From Rhodothermales bacterium (GTDB lineage Bacteria > Bacteroidota > Rhodothermia > Rhodothermales > VXPQ01), in NCBI GenBank assembly GCA_040904565.1, contig JBBDTI010000084.1:11939-75938 (forward strand): a DNA stretch of 64,000 bases. The letters are read 5' to 3'. The notes under the pieces are model-generated. The model was given only the letters and a program-made list of their open reading frames with translations. It ran no database searches and was not told the DNA's origin. Position 1 is the stretch's first letter, and every line of letters begins with the position of its first letter. Below, piece by piece: positions 1 to 11,453 of the stretch. The position numbers were made by a program, and so were the translations under genes.

Positions 1-1113
<1,113 letters not shown>

Positions 1114-1123
1114 TCCGTCGACC

Positions 1124-2563
1124 ATGGACGTATTACATCGTCTCAAGCAACAGGAGACCCGGCGCGAATTCCTGGTCCGTTCAGCCCAGGGGATCGGCAC
1201 GATGGCGCTGGCCTCGCTGCTGAACGGATCGGGGTTTGCCCAGTCGGCCGGCAGGATGTCCGTGGACGACCGGTGGACGGGGGTCGTTAGCCCGCCGCAC
1301 GTCGCGCCGCGAGCCAAGCGGATCATCTACCTCTATATGGCTGGCGGGCCGTCGCATCTCGAGACGTTCGATTACAAGCCGACGCTCGCCCGGATGCACG
1401 GCGAACCCATGCCGGCGTCGATCACGGAGGGTCAGCAGCTCGCGCAGCTGCAGGGACAGGCGCTCCGGTGCATGGGCCCGCAGGTCGACTTCCGCCGGCA
1501 CGGCAAGTCGGGGCAGGAGATCTCCGACCTGTTTCCCCACATGGGCCAGATCGCCGACGATATCTGCATCGTCCGGTCGATGCAGACGGAGCAGATCAAT
1601 CACGATCCCGCCCACACGTTCATGAACACGGGCTCGATGATTCCCGGCCGGCCATCGATGGGATCCTGGCTGCAATACGGACTCGGAAGCGAATCGGAGA
1701 ATCTCCCGGGATTCGTGGTCATGACGTCGGAAGGGGGCGGTCAGGGCCAGCCCATCGCGGCGCGGCAGTGGCACAGTGGATTCCTGCCTGGACGGTTTCA
1801 GGGGGTCAAGTTCCAGTCGACCGGTGACCCGGTCAACTACGTCGAACTGCCCGACGGGGTGGATTTCGAGCGGCAGCGCGAGCTGGTCGGCACGATCCGT
1901 CGCCTCAATGAGATGAAGCACGCGGCGGTCGACGATCCCGGCATCGAGACGCGGATCGCCCAGTACGAAATGGCCTTCAAGATGCAGTCCAGCGTACCGG
2001 AGCTGGTTGATTTCTCCGACGAGCCGGATCACATCAAGGACCTGTATGGCACCGAGGGTGCCGACGGTACGTTTGCGGCGAACTGCCTGCTGGCGCGCCG
2101 CCTGGCGGAGCGCGGCGTCCGGTTCATCCAGCTCTATCACCGCGGCTGGGACCACCACGGCGGCATCAAGGAGGCACTCCCCGAAGCGGCCCGGCTCGTA
2201 GACCAGGCCTCGGCGGCGCTGATCATCGACCTGAAACAGCGCGGCATGCTCGAAGATACGCTCGTCATCTGGGGCGGCGAGTTCGGCCGTACGCCGATGG
2301 CGCAGGGCTCCGGCAGGGATCACCACATCAAGGGGTTTTCGCTCTGGATGGCCGGCGGAGGCGTGCGCGGCGGGATGACGTACGGCAAGACGGACGACTT
2401 CGGCTTCGACGTCGTCGAGAACCCCGTCCACGTCCACGACCTCCACGCCACGATCCTGCACATCATGGGGATCAATCACGAAAAGCTCACCTACCGCTAC
2501 CAGGGCCGTGACTTCCGCCTTACCGACGTACACGGTCGGGTCGTCAACGACATCCTCGCCTGA
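1124..2563 (+). CDS. DUF1501 family protein (Tat-exported, sulfatase-like fold)
   Basis: TRREFL Tat motif; RAKRIIYLYMAGGPSHLETFDYKP, CLLARRLAERGVRFIQL, GWDHH, WGGEFGRTP, GRDHH, RLTDVHG. Confidence 0.92.
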   Translation: MDVLHRLKQQETRREFLVRSAQGIGTMALASLLNGSGFAQSAGRMSVDDRWTGVVSPPHVAPRAKRIIYLYMAGGPSHLETFDYKPTLARMHGEPMPASITEGQQLAQLQGQALRCMGPQVDFRRHGKSGQEISDLFPHMGQIADDICIVRSMQTEQINHDPAHTFMNTGSMIPGRPSMGSWLQYGLGSESENLPGFVVMTSEGGGQGQPIAARQWHSGFLPGRFQGVKFQSTGDPVNYVELPDGVDFERQRELVGTIRRLNEMKHAAVDDPGIETRIAQYEMAFKMQSSVPELVDFSDEPDHIKDLYGTEGADGTFAANCLLARRLAERGVRFIQLYHRGWDHHGGIKEALPEAARLVDQASAALIIDLKQRGMLEDTLVIWGGEFGRTPMAQGSGRDHHIKGFSLWMAGGGVRGGMTYGKTDDFGFDVVENPVHVHDLHATILHIMGINHEKLTYRYQGRDFRLTDVHGRVVNDILA

Positions 2564-2617
2564 CCCCGATTTTCTTCCGGTTCCCCCGCATTCCCGTCTG
2601 ATTCTCGCCGAAAGCAC

Positions 2618-3709
2618 ATGACTGAGCCTACCCGCCGCACCTTCCTGAAGTCTGCCGCCGCGCTCGCCGCAACCGCCGCCGGGGCCACCGGCCCGCTGAC
2701 CGGGGCCGCGGCCGGACGCCGTCGGACCCCCGCCATCGTTACCCGCCCCGGATTATCCGACGACGTGATCGGTCACGGCGAGTTTCGGTATCGGATCGAG
2801 GCGGACTGGTCCGATCTGGACGCGTCCGCCACCCCCGTGAAGAACTGTCATGAGATGGTGATGGATCGACGCGGGCGCCTGATCATGGTGACAGACGAGA
2901 CGAAGAATAACGTCATCGTTTTCGACAAAGACGGACGCCTGCTCGAGACGTGGGGCACGCGCTATCCGGGCGGCCACGGGCTCACGCTGTGGGACGCCGG
3001 CGGAGAGGAGGTTCTGTTTCTGGCAGACTTCGACCGGGGGATCGTCGATAAGACGACGCTCGACGGGGAGGTCCTCCTCACGATCGAGCATCCCCACACC
3101 GTCGGGGCATACGCCGAGGGGATGGACTTCCGGCCGACGGAGACGGCGGTCGGACCCGACGGCGACATCTACGTGGCCGACGGCTACGGATCGCAGTTCA
3201 TCCTCCAGTATTCGTCCGACGGCGAGTTCGTCCGCAAGTTCGGCGGGGCGGGTGACGGCGACGCGCAGTTCTCGACGGCGCACGGCGTCGCGGTGGACGC
3301 CCGCGGCGACACGCCGACGCTCCTCTGCACCTCGCGCGGACACAATAGTTTCAAGCGGTTCACGCTCGACGGGACGTATCTGGAAACCATCTTTTTGCCC
3401 GGAGCCTATGTATGCCGGGCCGTCATCGACGACGAGATGATCTACGCCGGCGTCTGCTGGTCGCGGCTCCGGTATCTGAACCAGACGCCCGAGTCGGGTT
3501 TCGTGACCGTGCTCGACGGCAGCGATCGGGTGGTTTCCAACCCCGGCGGCACCGAACCCGTCTACGAGGACGGCGAGCTGCAGCTCATGGTGCAGGCGGA
3601 GCCCTTCTTCAAGCATTGCCACGACGTATGCGTCGACGACGAGAAGAACCTCTACGTCTGCCAGTGGAATGCCGGCGGCACCTATCCGATCAAGCTGCAC
3701 CGCGTGTAG
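2618..3709 (+). CDS. Tat-exported NHL-repeat six-bladed beta-propeller (PAL-like)
   Basis: TRRTFLK Tat signal; IYVADGYGS, FSTAHGVAVD, HCHDVCVD..NLYVCQW. Confidence 0.85.
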   Translation: MTEPTRRTFLKSAAALAATAAGATGPLTGAAAGRRRTPAIVTRPGLSDDVIGHGEFRYRIEADWSDLDASATPVKNCHEMVMDRRGRLIMVTDETKNNVIVFDKDGRLLETWGTRYPGGHGLTLWDAGGEEVLFLADFDRGIVDKTTLDGEVLLTIEHPHTVGAYAEGMDFRPTETAVGPDGDIYVADGYGSQFILQYSSDGEFVRKFGGAGDGDAQFSTAHGVAVDARGDTPTLLCTSRGHNSFKRFTLDGTYLETIFLPGAYVCRAVIDDEMIYAGVCWSRLRYLNQTPESGFVTVLDGSDRVVSNPGGTEPVYEDGELQLMVQAEPFFKHCHDVCVDDEKNLYVCQWNAGGTYPIKLHRV

Positions 3710-3713
3710 CATT

Positions 3714-5240
3714 ATGAGAATGAGTAAGAAAGGATGGATCGCGGGCGGCGCGCTGCTCTTCGGCGTGCTGCTCGTCCTGCTCGCGGGCGTCGAGCGCGGC
3801 AGCGCACCGGGTTTCGTGCTGTTTCTGGGTCGATTCCACCCGACGCTCGTGCATTTCCCCATCGCCCTGCTGCTCTTCGGTGCCGCCATCGAGCTGCTGG
3901 CGCCGCGATGGCCGGCGGCCGAGCGACTTCGATCAGCCGTGCCCGTTCTGCTGGCGGTAGGCGGACTCACGGCGCTGGCTGCTGCTGTCGTCGGATACCT
4001 GCTCTCTCTCGGCGGCGGCTACGCCGAGCAGTCGCTCTCCCGGCATTTCTGGCTCGGCATCACCGTGACCGTCCTGTCGTTTCTCCTGGCGCTGGTTTCG
4101 GCGTGGACGGTCCGACCGGGACGCGTCTATCGGGGGATGGTGGGGGCGTTCGCCGTCCTGGTCGTGCTCGCCGGCCATTTCGGCGGCACCCTGGCGCGCG
4201 GCAGCGGCTATCTCACCTACTATCTTCCCGAACCGATCAGGACGCTCGTCGGCTTGGAAGGAGGCGCGCGCGGCGGACTGATAGCGGACGTCGACTCTGC
4301 CCGCGTCTATGACGATCTCGTGCAGCCCATTCTGGATCGCAACTGTATCGACTGCCACGGATCGAGCAAGTCGGAAGGCGACCTTCGCCTGCATACCCGC
4401 GAGGGCATTGAGGAGGGCGGGCGTGATGGCCCGGCCTACGTCGCCGGCCTTCCGGCACAGAGCGAAATGGTCCGCCGCATCACGCTGCCTCCCTACGACG
4501 AGGATGCCATGCCGCCGGACGGCGGGCCGCCTCTCGACGTAGGTGAGACGGAGGTGATCCGATGGTGGATCGCCAATGGGGCCTCCTTCGACCAGCGCGT
4601 CGCCGAAATCGAGGAGACCCCGACCGCCGTATCGACCTATCTCGCGCGCGTCTCCCAGCCACGAACGCCGCGTCGCTCGGGCATCTACGCGCTCGACGTG
4701 CCCGAAGCGGACACGCTCCTCGTCGCGCAGCTGGAAGAAACCGGAGTCCTCATTCAGCGAATCGATCCCGTAGCTCCCTTTCTGCGGGTGAGCGCGACGA
4801 GCGTGCGCGATGCGTTCGGCGACGCGGAGATGGAGGCTCTTCGTCCAATCGCCGAGCAGATCGCCGTGCTGGACGTCGGACATTCGAGCGTGACGAGCGA
4901 GGGGGCTGCCGTGCTGTCGGAGATGCCGCACCTGACGCACGTCCACCTCGAAGGTACCGGGATCGACGACACCGCTCTCGAGCACGTTCGTGCCCACGAA
5001 TACCTCGAATATCTGAATCTGTACGCCACGGCCGTGACGGATGGCGGACTCGCGCACGTCGCCGAACTTCCGGCCCTTCGATCGCTGTATCTGTGGCAGA
5101 CGAACGTGACGGATGAGGGAGCGGGGCGGCTGCAAGACGAACGCCCTTCGGTCGAGGTAAATCTGGGCGGTACGCTCACCATAGCACCGATCAATCCGCC
5201 AACAAATGCGCCGTCCGATACGACGGAGGCCGGGCCATGA
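3714..5240 (+). CDS. Membrane protein with DUF2231-like N-terminus, planctomycete-type cytochrome c domain and C-terminal LRRs
   Basis: GRFHPTLVHFPI TM region; VQPILDRNCIDCHG (CxxCH), MPP; LRRs LEYLNLYATAVTDGGL, LRSLYLWQTNVTD; start moved to ATG 3714, just after the upstream stop. Confidence 0.85.
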   Translation: MRMSKKGWIAGGALLFGVLLVLLAGVERGSAPGFVLFLGRFHPTLVHFPIALLLFGAAIELLAPRWPAAERLRSAVPVLLAVGGLTALAAAVVGYLLSLGGGYAEQSLSRHFWLGITVTVLSFLLALVSAWTVRPGRVYRGMVGAFAVLVVLAGHFGGTLARGSGYLTYYLPEPIRTLVGLEGGARGGLIADVDSARVYDDLVQPILDRNCIDCHGSSKSEGDLRLHTREGIEEGGRDGPAYVAGLPAQSEMVRRITLPPYDEDAMPPDGGPPLDVGETEVIRWWIANGASFDQRVAEIEETPTAVSTYLARVSQPRTPRRSGIYALDVPEADTLLVAQLEETGVLIQRIDPVAPFLRVSATSVRDAFGDAEMEALRPIAEQIAVLDVGHSSVTSEGAAVLSEMPHLTHVHLEGTGIDDTALEHVRAHEYLEYLNLYATAVTDGGLAHVAELPALRSLYLWQTNVTDEGAGRLQDERPSVEVNLGGTLTIAPINPPTNAPSDTTEAGP

Positions 5241-7276
5241 GCCGACGTTCGAGACGCTCTTCTTCCGCCGGCACACGTCGCGCTCGTGCGGGACGGGCCG
5301 CCGTTCTGCCGGCCGATCTCCTTCTGCCGGCCGGTCTCCTTCTGCCGGCCTGTTTCCTCCTCCTGGCGGGCCTACTTCTCCTGGTGCCGGGATGCTCGCC
5401 CGCGGGCGAGCGCATCGAAACCGGAACGGACCATGCTCCGGCGCCCACCTTCGAGCTGATCGATCGCGCCGGCGGACAGGCGGGACGCACGGAGGCCGTA
5501 GACGTGGACGGCACGTGGGCCGCCTTCGGGAGGGGCAGCGACGTCGTCCTGGCTGACGTTTCCGATCCTACGGTCCCTAGAGAAGTGATTGCCGTCACGC
5601 TGCCCGGTAGGGTACGAGATGTCAAACTCGCTGGTGGCAGGGTGTTCGCGGCGGCGGATTCGGCCGGACTCTACGTCGTGGACGTCGATGCCGGAGAGGT
5701 GGTCGCCGCGTTGCGCTTCGACGAGCCGGTCTACGGCGTTCACGTTCAGGGCGACCTCGCGTACGTCGCCGCGCGCTCGGCCGGACTCCGCGTCGTGGAT
5801 GCGTCGGCGACCTCGTCGCCACCATCACTGCAGGAGGTGGGCCATCTCATCACGCCGGATGAGGCGGTCGACGTCGTCGTGCGCGGTGACTTCGCGTACG
5901 TAGCGGCCTGGTATGAAAGCTTTCGGGTCATTGACGTGTCGGACCCGACCGAACCGGTCGGTGTCAGCTTCGCCGGCTACGACAGCTACAATCACGGCGC
6001 CGTGTGGGGAATCGCCGTGGATGGCGACCTCGGCCTGGCGGCCATTCCCGAGAAGGGGATCCGCGTGATAGACGTGTCGGTGCCCAGAGATGTCACCAAT
6101 CACGCGATGTACAGGGGCTTTGCCTCCCCCGCCGCCGCGGCGCTCGACGGCCGCACGGCCTTCGTGGCCGACCAGGATGCCGGACTGCGGGTGCTGGATC
6201 TCACGGATCCGCAGCAGCCCGTAGAGATCGGCTCCATCGATCTTCCAGGGCGTGTTCTGGACGTAGATGTTGCTGACGGGATCGCGTACGTCGCAGCCGG
6301 TGCAGCCGGACTCCGGCTGGTGGACGTTTCGACGCCGAACGCGCCGCGCCTGCTTGGAGCGCTGGACGCCGGCGACGCTATCGTCGACGTGGTCGGCGTC
6401 GGGGAAACCCTCCTGGCCGTCGGGAGCGAGAACGCCGTCTACCGCTACGATGGGGGCGGACGCCTCACGCGGCACATCGACGGCCCCGCCCGCCGTATGG
6501 CGCAGAACGGAGGCCGCGTCGTTACGGCGTCGGACACCGACGTACGCCTGTTCGACGAAGGACGGCTTCGGAGTCGCCTGTCCGGCGCGGCGCACGGCGT
6601 TGACCTGCATGGACCTCCTGGCAGCGAGCGGATGGCCGTCGCGGGACCGCTGGGTCTCCAGCTGCTGGACGTGGCTTCGAACGGCACGCTTCGCCGGCAG
6701 TCGGCGTACAAACCCGATTGGAAGGAGTCGGTCGGCCATTTGAGCAGAACGCCGCCGGCGGCGTGGGACGTGGTGCTCACCGACCGCGTGGCTTATGCCG
6801 CGTTCGACGACGGCATCCACGTACTCGATGTCATGGATGCGTCCGCGCCGACAGCGACGCGCGTGTACACCCCGGAGCGCGTTTATCGGCTTCTGGTCGG
6901 CGCCGGCGATCGTCTTTTCGCGGCATGCGACGACGGGCTTCGCATATACGACGTCTCCGATCCGATGAGACCGGTCGAAACGGCTTTCGTAAAGACGCCG
7001 TCGTTTGCCACGGCATTGCACAGCGACGGCAGCGATGTCTTCGTCGGAGACCTGAGCGGATACGTCACCGTCGTGCGTGCGGAGGACGGAGCACGCCGCG
7101 GTTCGTGGCACGTCGCCGACCGTATTTTCGGATTGGCGGCGGCGGGAGGTGATCTGGCCGTGGCGACCGGCCCGCAGGGGCTGCACGTCGTGTCGCTGGA
7201 AGATCCAGGCGATCCTACCGAGACTCCGTCCGGTACGCCGATAAACGAATCGATAGACGAACCGACGAACGAATGA
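5237..7276 (+). CDS. LVIVD-repeat beta-propeller lipoprotein
   Basis: Repeats AYVAA..GLRVVDVSDP..P; lipobox LVPGC; ATGA overlap with the upstream stop. Confidence 0.85.
   Translation: MSRRSRRSSSAGTRRARAGRAAVLPADLLLPAGLLLPACFLLLAGLLLLVPGCSPAGERIETGTDHAPAPTFELIDRAGGQAGRTEAVDVDGTWAAFGRGSDVVLADVSDPTVPREVIAVTLPGRVRDVKLAGGRVFAAADSAGLYVVDVDAGEVVAALRFDEPVYGVHVQGDLAYVAARSAGLRVVDASATSSPPSLQEVGHLITPDEAVDVVVRGDFAYVAAWYESFRVIDVSDPTEPVGVSFAGYDSYNHGAVWGIAVDGDLGLAAIPEKGIRVIDVSVPRDVTNHAMYRGFASPAAAALDGRTAFVADQDAGLRVLDLTDPQQPVEIGSIDLPGRVLDVDVADGIAYVAAGAAGLRLVDVSTPNAPRLLGALDAGDAIVDVVGVGETLLAVGSENAVYRYDGGGRLTRHIDGPARRMAQNGGRVVTASDTDVRLFDEGRLRSRLSGAAHGVDLHGPPGSERMAVAGPLGLQLLDVASNGTLRRQSAYKPDWKESVGHLSRTPPAAWDVVLTDRVAYAAFDDGIHVLDVMDASAPTATRVYTPERVYRLLVGAGDRLFAACDDGLRIYDVSDPMRPVETAFVKTPSFATALHSDGSDVFVGDLSGYVTVVRAEDGARRGSWHVADRIFGLAAAGGDLAVATGPQGLHVVSLEDPGDPTETPSGTPINESIDEPTNE
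5304..5357 (+). repeat. 3x 18-bp tandem repeat (TTCTGCCGGCCnnTnTCC) in the signal-peptide region
   Basis: ttctgccggccgatctcc / ttctgccggccggtctcc / ttctgccggcctgtttcc, encoding VLPADL-LLPAGL-LLPACF. Confidence 0.85.
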
Positions 7277-7286
7277 CCATCACGCT

Positions 7287-8063
7287 TTGACGATGCCCGA
7301 TTCGACAGCCGGCCTTCGAGACGCCCTGATATCCCTATCGGCAGACCTTGCGGCTTTTCACGACATGGCGATTGCCGGGGAGGGCAACGTATCGGGGGCG
7401 CTGAGCGACGGCCGTTTTCTGGTCAAGGCCAGCGGAACCGACCTAGGTCATTTGAAGCCGGAGCACCTCGTCGAAGTGCACGCGGCCCCGCTGCTCGACG
7501 CCATGTCCGGCAGCGAGGCCCTGAGCGATGCGGAAATTGAGTCCCTGCTTCTCGAGGCCCGGGTCGACGACGAGGCCCTGAAGCCGTCCGTCGAGAGCCT
7601 CTTCCACGCCTGGCTCCTGCAACTCGAGGGAGTCGGCGTGGTCGGACACACGCATCCGATGGCCGTGAACGCACTCCTTTGCTCGACGCGCGCGCAGGCC
7701 TATGCGTCGCGACGCCTTTTTCCCGACCAGGTCGTTTACTGCGGCCCGGAATCGGTCGTGGTACCGTACGTCGACCCCGGACTCGTGCTGGCCCAGGAGA
7801 TCGCGAGACTGGTGGAGGCCTATCGCGAGCGGTCGGGCATCCAGCCGAAACTCATTCTGATCGAAAACCACGGCGCCATTGCACTGGGCAGGACGGAGAC
7901 AGACGTCCGGGCGGCCATGATGATGGCGGAGAAATCCGCCCGCGTGTTCATCGACGCTTCCACGTTGGGCGGGCCCGTCTTTATGACGCCCGATCAGGTG
8001 GCGCGCATCGACGGCCGAATCGACGAGCACTATCGCCAGCGCATGCTGCACGACGCGCGATAG
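7287..8063 (+). CDS. Class II aldolase/adducin family protein
   Basis: GEGNVS, FLVKASG, KPSVESLFH, VGHTHP, LIENHG zinc-site motifs. Confidence 0.88.
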   Translation: MTMPDSTAGLRDALISLSADLAAFHDMAIAGEGNVSGALSDGRFLVKASGTDLGHLKPEHLVEVHAAPLLDAMSGSEALSDAEIESLLLEARVDDEALKPSVESLFHAWLLQLEGVGVVGHTHPMAVNALLCSTRAQAYASRRLFPDQVVYCGPESVVVPYVDPGLVLAQEIARLVEAYRERSGIQPKLILIENHGAIALGRTETDVRAAMMMAEKSARVFIDASTLGGPVFMTPDQVARIDGRIDEHYRQRMLHDAR

Positions 8064-8125
8064 CGTGGGGGTTCGTCGTTATGCTAAACCTGGTTTCCAG
8101 GTATCCTGAAAGGTAGATTCCGACG

Positions 8126-8677
8126 ATGACCGAGCGAGAAAAGATGCTGAGCGGCGCGATGTACGATGCGGCGGACCCGGAACTGGCGGCCGCCCGGCGC
8201 CGCGGCCGTGATCTGGTCTACCGGCTCAATCATAGCGAGGATCGCGAGAAAGGGCTGCGGCGGGACGTATTCGAGAAGCTTTTCGGCGCGCACGGTGAAG
8301 AGCTGTGGATCGAACCGCCGTTCTACTGCGATTACGGCTCAAATATCTCCCTGGGGGATCGCGTGTACTTCAACTTCAACTGCGTCGTACTCGACCCGGC
8401 CGAGGTCGTCGTCGGTGACGACGTACTGTTCGGTCCGGCCGCTCAGATCTACACGGCGACACACCCGCTCTCGGCCAAGGAGCGAAGCACGCGGAAGGAG
8501 TCGGCACGACCCGTCTGCATCGAATCCGGCGTTTGGATCGGCGGGGGTGCGATCCTTCTGCCGGGCGTGACGATCGGTGAGGGCAGCGTCATCGGAGCCG
8601 GCGCCGTGGTGACGAAGGACGTACCTGCCGGCGTCTTCGCGGCGGGCAATCCGTGCCGCGTCATCCGGGAGGTGTGA
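8126..8677 (+). CDS. maa: Maltose/sugar O-acetyltransferase (hexapeptide repeat)
   Basis: MTEREKMLSG..YD, IEPPFYCDYG.NI, YTATHP, VWIGGGAILLPGVTIG, AGNPCRVIR. Confidence 0.9.
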   Translation: MTEREKMLSGAMYDAADPELAAARRRGRDLVYRLNHSEDREKGLRRDVFEKLFGAHGEELWIEPPFYCDYGSNISLGDRVYFNFNCVVLDPAEVVVGDDVLFGPAAQIYTATHPLSAKERSTRKESARPVCIESGVWIGGGAILLPGVTIGEGSVIGAGAVVTKDVPAGVFAAGNPCRVIREV

Positions 8678-8794
8678 TGGCGCACCGTACACAAGGTGCT
8701 CGAAATGATCGATCGCTGAACGTCCCACTACCCGAGCGACGCACCCTGAATTTCACGAACGTTCGTACCTGCAATCCATTAACTACGAAGCATC

Positions 8795-9187
8795 ATGCGC
8801 GCACACGTATCGTTTTTTCTTCTGACACTTCTCTTCATTACCGCCGGATGTGCCGGTTCGCGTTCCGCCGTAGCGCCCCATCCCATGGAAGGGGAATGGA
8901 GCTATGAGGTCCACGCCGACGACGGCGTCTACGAAGGGGTTCTCGCATTTACGGCTATGGAAGACGGCCTGACCGGTACGATTACCGGAGAGGGAACGGA
9001 GGGCGTCACCGAACTGATGGACGTGGCGTACGACGATGCGCGGCTCTCCTTCGAGTTCGAGTCGAACGAATACGGACTTCTCGTCGCCGACGTGAACGTC
9101 GCCGGCGATACGTTCTCGGGCGACCTCAACGTGGCGTCTTATGGAACCGTGGTGCCGATGAACGGCGCGCGGATTTCCGAAGACTGA
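8795..9187 (+). CDS. Hypothetical small lipoprotein
   Basis: Lipobox ITAGC; beta-rich GEWSY..G.L.F..LTGT pattern. Confidence 0.7.
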   Translation: MRAHVSFFLLTLLFITAGCAGSRSAVAPHPMEGEWSYEVHADDGVYEGVLAFTAMEDGLTGTITGEGTEGVTELMDVAYDDARLSFEFESNEYGLLVADVNVAGDTFSGDLNVASYGTVVPMNGARISED

Positions 9188-9306
9188 AGCTACTCGATGC
9201 ACGTTCTAAATACGACCAAGATTCCAGTCATACGCAACCTAGTCGGCTCATCATAGTATCGTTTTCAACACCAACTAAAACCAGCAACGAGTGCAACCGT
9301 TCTTAG

Positions 9307-9627
9307 ATGAGCGCCAACAAGAAATTTCAGGCTGAAGTCGTGTCAACGGATGAAGCACACGCCAATCTTTCCGAATTACGGTCTCGATCCGGTTCGCGAT
9401 ACAGTTCCAAATTCGATCCGCTCAAGCAGCACATTCAATGGCTCGAGCGGGGCATGGCACTGAAGATTGACGAGATGGAACGAAGCGACGTAGCCAATCT
9501 TCGCAGCTATATCGATCGTAACGTGCAGCCCGTAGGGAAGGGACTGACCTACGTTGTACGATCGAGTCGTATTCGAGAGGATGGCTCGAAGTACCGCGTA
9601 TTCGTCTTCTTGACGAAGAAGGAATAG
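9307..9627 (+). CDS. Small cytoplasmic hypothetical protein with a basic patch, possibly nucleic-acid binding
   Basis: 106 aa; RSRSGSRYSSKF patch; AT-richer upstream region. Confidence 0.7.
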   Translation: MSANKKFQAEVVSTDEAHANLSELRSRSGSRYSSKFDPLKQHIQWLERGMALKIDEMERSDVANLRSYIDRNVQPVGKGLTYVVRSSRIREDGSKYRVFVFLTKKE

Positions 9628-9649
9628 CGCGGCGAGGTCCGCGGCGGAC

Positions 9650-10750
9650 TCACCGCACGGGCCTGTACTCCCGCGGTACGTCGTCAGCCACGCGCTCGAA
9701 GGCCAGATAGCCGAACTGCGTGACGCCGTAGGGATCTGCGACGTCTCCCTTCAGGTCGACGACCGTCGGCCCGTTCTCCAGCAGCAGCATCGACGTACGG
9801 TATTTGGCACGTCCGCGCTCGCCGCGCCACGCCAGGTAGGCCTCGTCCTCGGTCTCTTGGGTGTATACGATTTCCAGAAAGCCCTGTACGTCCAGGATGC
9901 GTTCCTGGGGGTCGTCACTCGCTTTGAGAATCTCGTCCCGGTCGATCGGGAAGCGGCCGTTGCCCGGCGTCGGCATGGCGGCGACCCCTCCTCTCGAAGC
10001 CGGACGCTGAAAGATCATGAACCCTTCTTCTTCGACCCGATCGTCGAGCAGTGCCAGCAGGAAATGGCGGAGCGAGCCGTTGAAGGCGTCGTCGCGGTTG
10101 CGCTTCCAGTGGGCGGCCTCCTCCGGTGTCGATGGCCGCATTTCCTCGAACAGCGGCTCCCCGTCGTAGCTCGTTCGGGTACCCGTGGCTTCAAACTCCT
10201 TGAGGAAGTACTGGATGCGGTAGCCGAGCGCCCGGTTCTCGATGACCAGGGTTTCCGCCGCACGGGCCGTGAACCGTCCCACGCGATCCGTAAAGTCGAG
10301 CACCTCCGGGTTCACGATCTCCGTCTGTGCGGCGAAGGGCGTCTCGCCGATAAACAGACGGATAAACTTCTCGAGGCGCCGTTCCCAGCGGGCGTCACGT
10401 TCCGCGACGACCTCCACCTCGCCGAGCTCCGTGACGGACGGCTGGAGCTCGAAGTCGTACGTATGCTCTCCCGGCCTGCGGATGAACAGATCCATGGCCT
10501 GAGGCTCGTAACCGACCACCGAGACGTACAGGCGGAGCGACCCGAGCGCTACCCCGTTTAGTCGGTAGGCGCCGACTTCGGACGTGATGGAGCCGTTCAT
10601 CGATTCGGCGATGAACACGTGGGCGTCCGAGATGCCTTCACCGGTTTCCGCATCGGTAACCGTGCCGGAGACAATGGCCTGACCTGCAGCCGTTCCTACA
10701 GGGAGCAGTAGCGCCAGGACGAGAAAAAAGAATGGGATCGATCGCTGCAT
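9650..10750 (-). CDS. Secreted CarboxypepD_reg-like domain protein (no TonB barrel)
   Basis: Signal peptide ending AAG-Q; VSGTVTDAETGEGI..AHVFI..G.Y.L..S.VGY; start moved to MQRS at 10750. Confidence 0.85.
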   Translation of the reverse strand: MQRSIPFFFLVLALLLPVGTAAGQAIVSGTVTDAETGEGISDAHVFIAESMNGSITSEVGAYRLNGVALGSLRLYVSVVGYEPQAMDLFIRRPGEHTYDFELQPSVTELGEVEVVAERDARWERRLEKFIRLFIGETPFAAQTEIVNPEVLDFTDRVGRFTARAAETLVIENRALGYRIQYFLKEFEATGTRTSYDGEPLFEEMRPSTPEEAAHWKRNRDDAFNGSLRHFLLALLDDRVEEEGFMIFQRPASRGGVAAMPTPGNGRFPIDRDEILKASDDPQERILDVQGFLEIVYTQETEDEAYLAWRGERGRAKYRTSMLLLENGPTVVDLKGDVADPYGVTQFGYLAFERVADDVPREYRPVR

Positions 10751-11053
10751 GGTCGAGGCGTTGATCTGCTTGAGAGGCCGGGTATTCGTTTGGGCGGGGT
10801 CGGGCCCGCGGCGAAGACGCATGGTGCCAGTCGATACCTTCTCGGAATCATCTATCTCCTAATCCCGGCCACGTGATCGGATCCCTATCCGCCTGCGAGA
10901 ATTGCCCGCCGGGCGAGTAGGGTGCACGCTATCATGACAGTGCTCGGCGGTACGTACCAGACATCGAACGACAACGCGACCGCTCCTCGCGCGTATATCC
11001 GATCGACAGCGTCAGAAGCGGCAATTATGAATCCACATTTCATTCCCCCAGCT

Positions 11054-11329
11054 ATGAGTGACATCACAAGGAAAGATATTACCAGGAAAGATATCGAAGC
11101 GCGCGGCGTGAGCGGGCTCACCGTTCGCGTCGAACGGCCGGTCTGCATCGGAAGCGAGAACTGCGTCAGCCTCGCTCCTGAGGTCTTCGTGTTAGGGGAC
11201 GATCAGGTCGTGACTTTCGTCGACGACGTGCAAGACATCGATCGCGAGCGCTTGCTGGAAGCGTGTCGCATCTGTCCGGTCGATGCCCTTGTGGTCACCG
11301 GGCCAGACGGCGAGCAGATCGTGCCGTGA
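11054..11329 (+). CDS. Single-cluster ferredoxin, probably [3Fe-4S]
   Basis: CIGSENC..APEVF...CPVDAL (C-x2-S-x2-C...CP); N-terminal DITRK duplication. Confidence 0.85.
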   Translation: MSDITRKDITRKDIEARGVSGLTVRVERPVCIGSENCVSLAPEVFVLGDDQVVTFVDDVQDIDRERLLEACRICPVDALVVTGPDGEQIVP

Positions 11330-11453
11330 CGAGCCATTGTCGTAGGAACAGCATGATCGACATACATGCTGATTCCGGAGAGAAGGATGAATCGGATTCG
11401 GCACGCGGGTCGCACCTGGTTGGCCGATGGAAGTGCCGCTGACAGGGCTGGAC

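Noticed and set aside
8755-8766. Perfect palindrome ACGAACGTTCGT upstream of the small lipoprotein
   Set aside because: Single 12-bp instance with no nearby regulator; compatible with chance.
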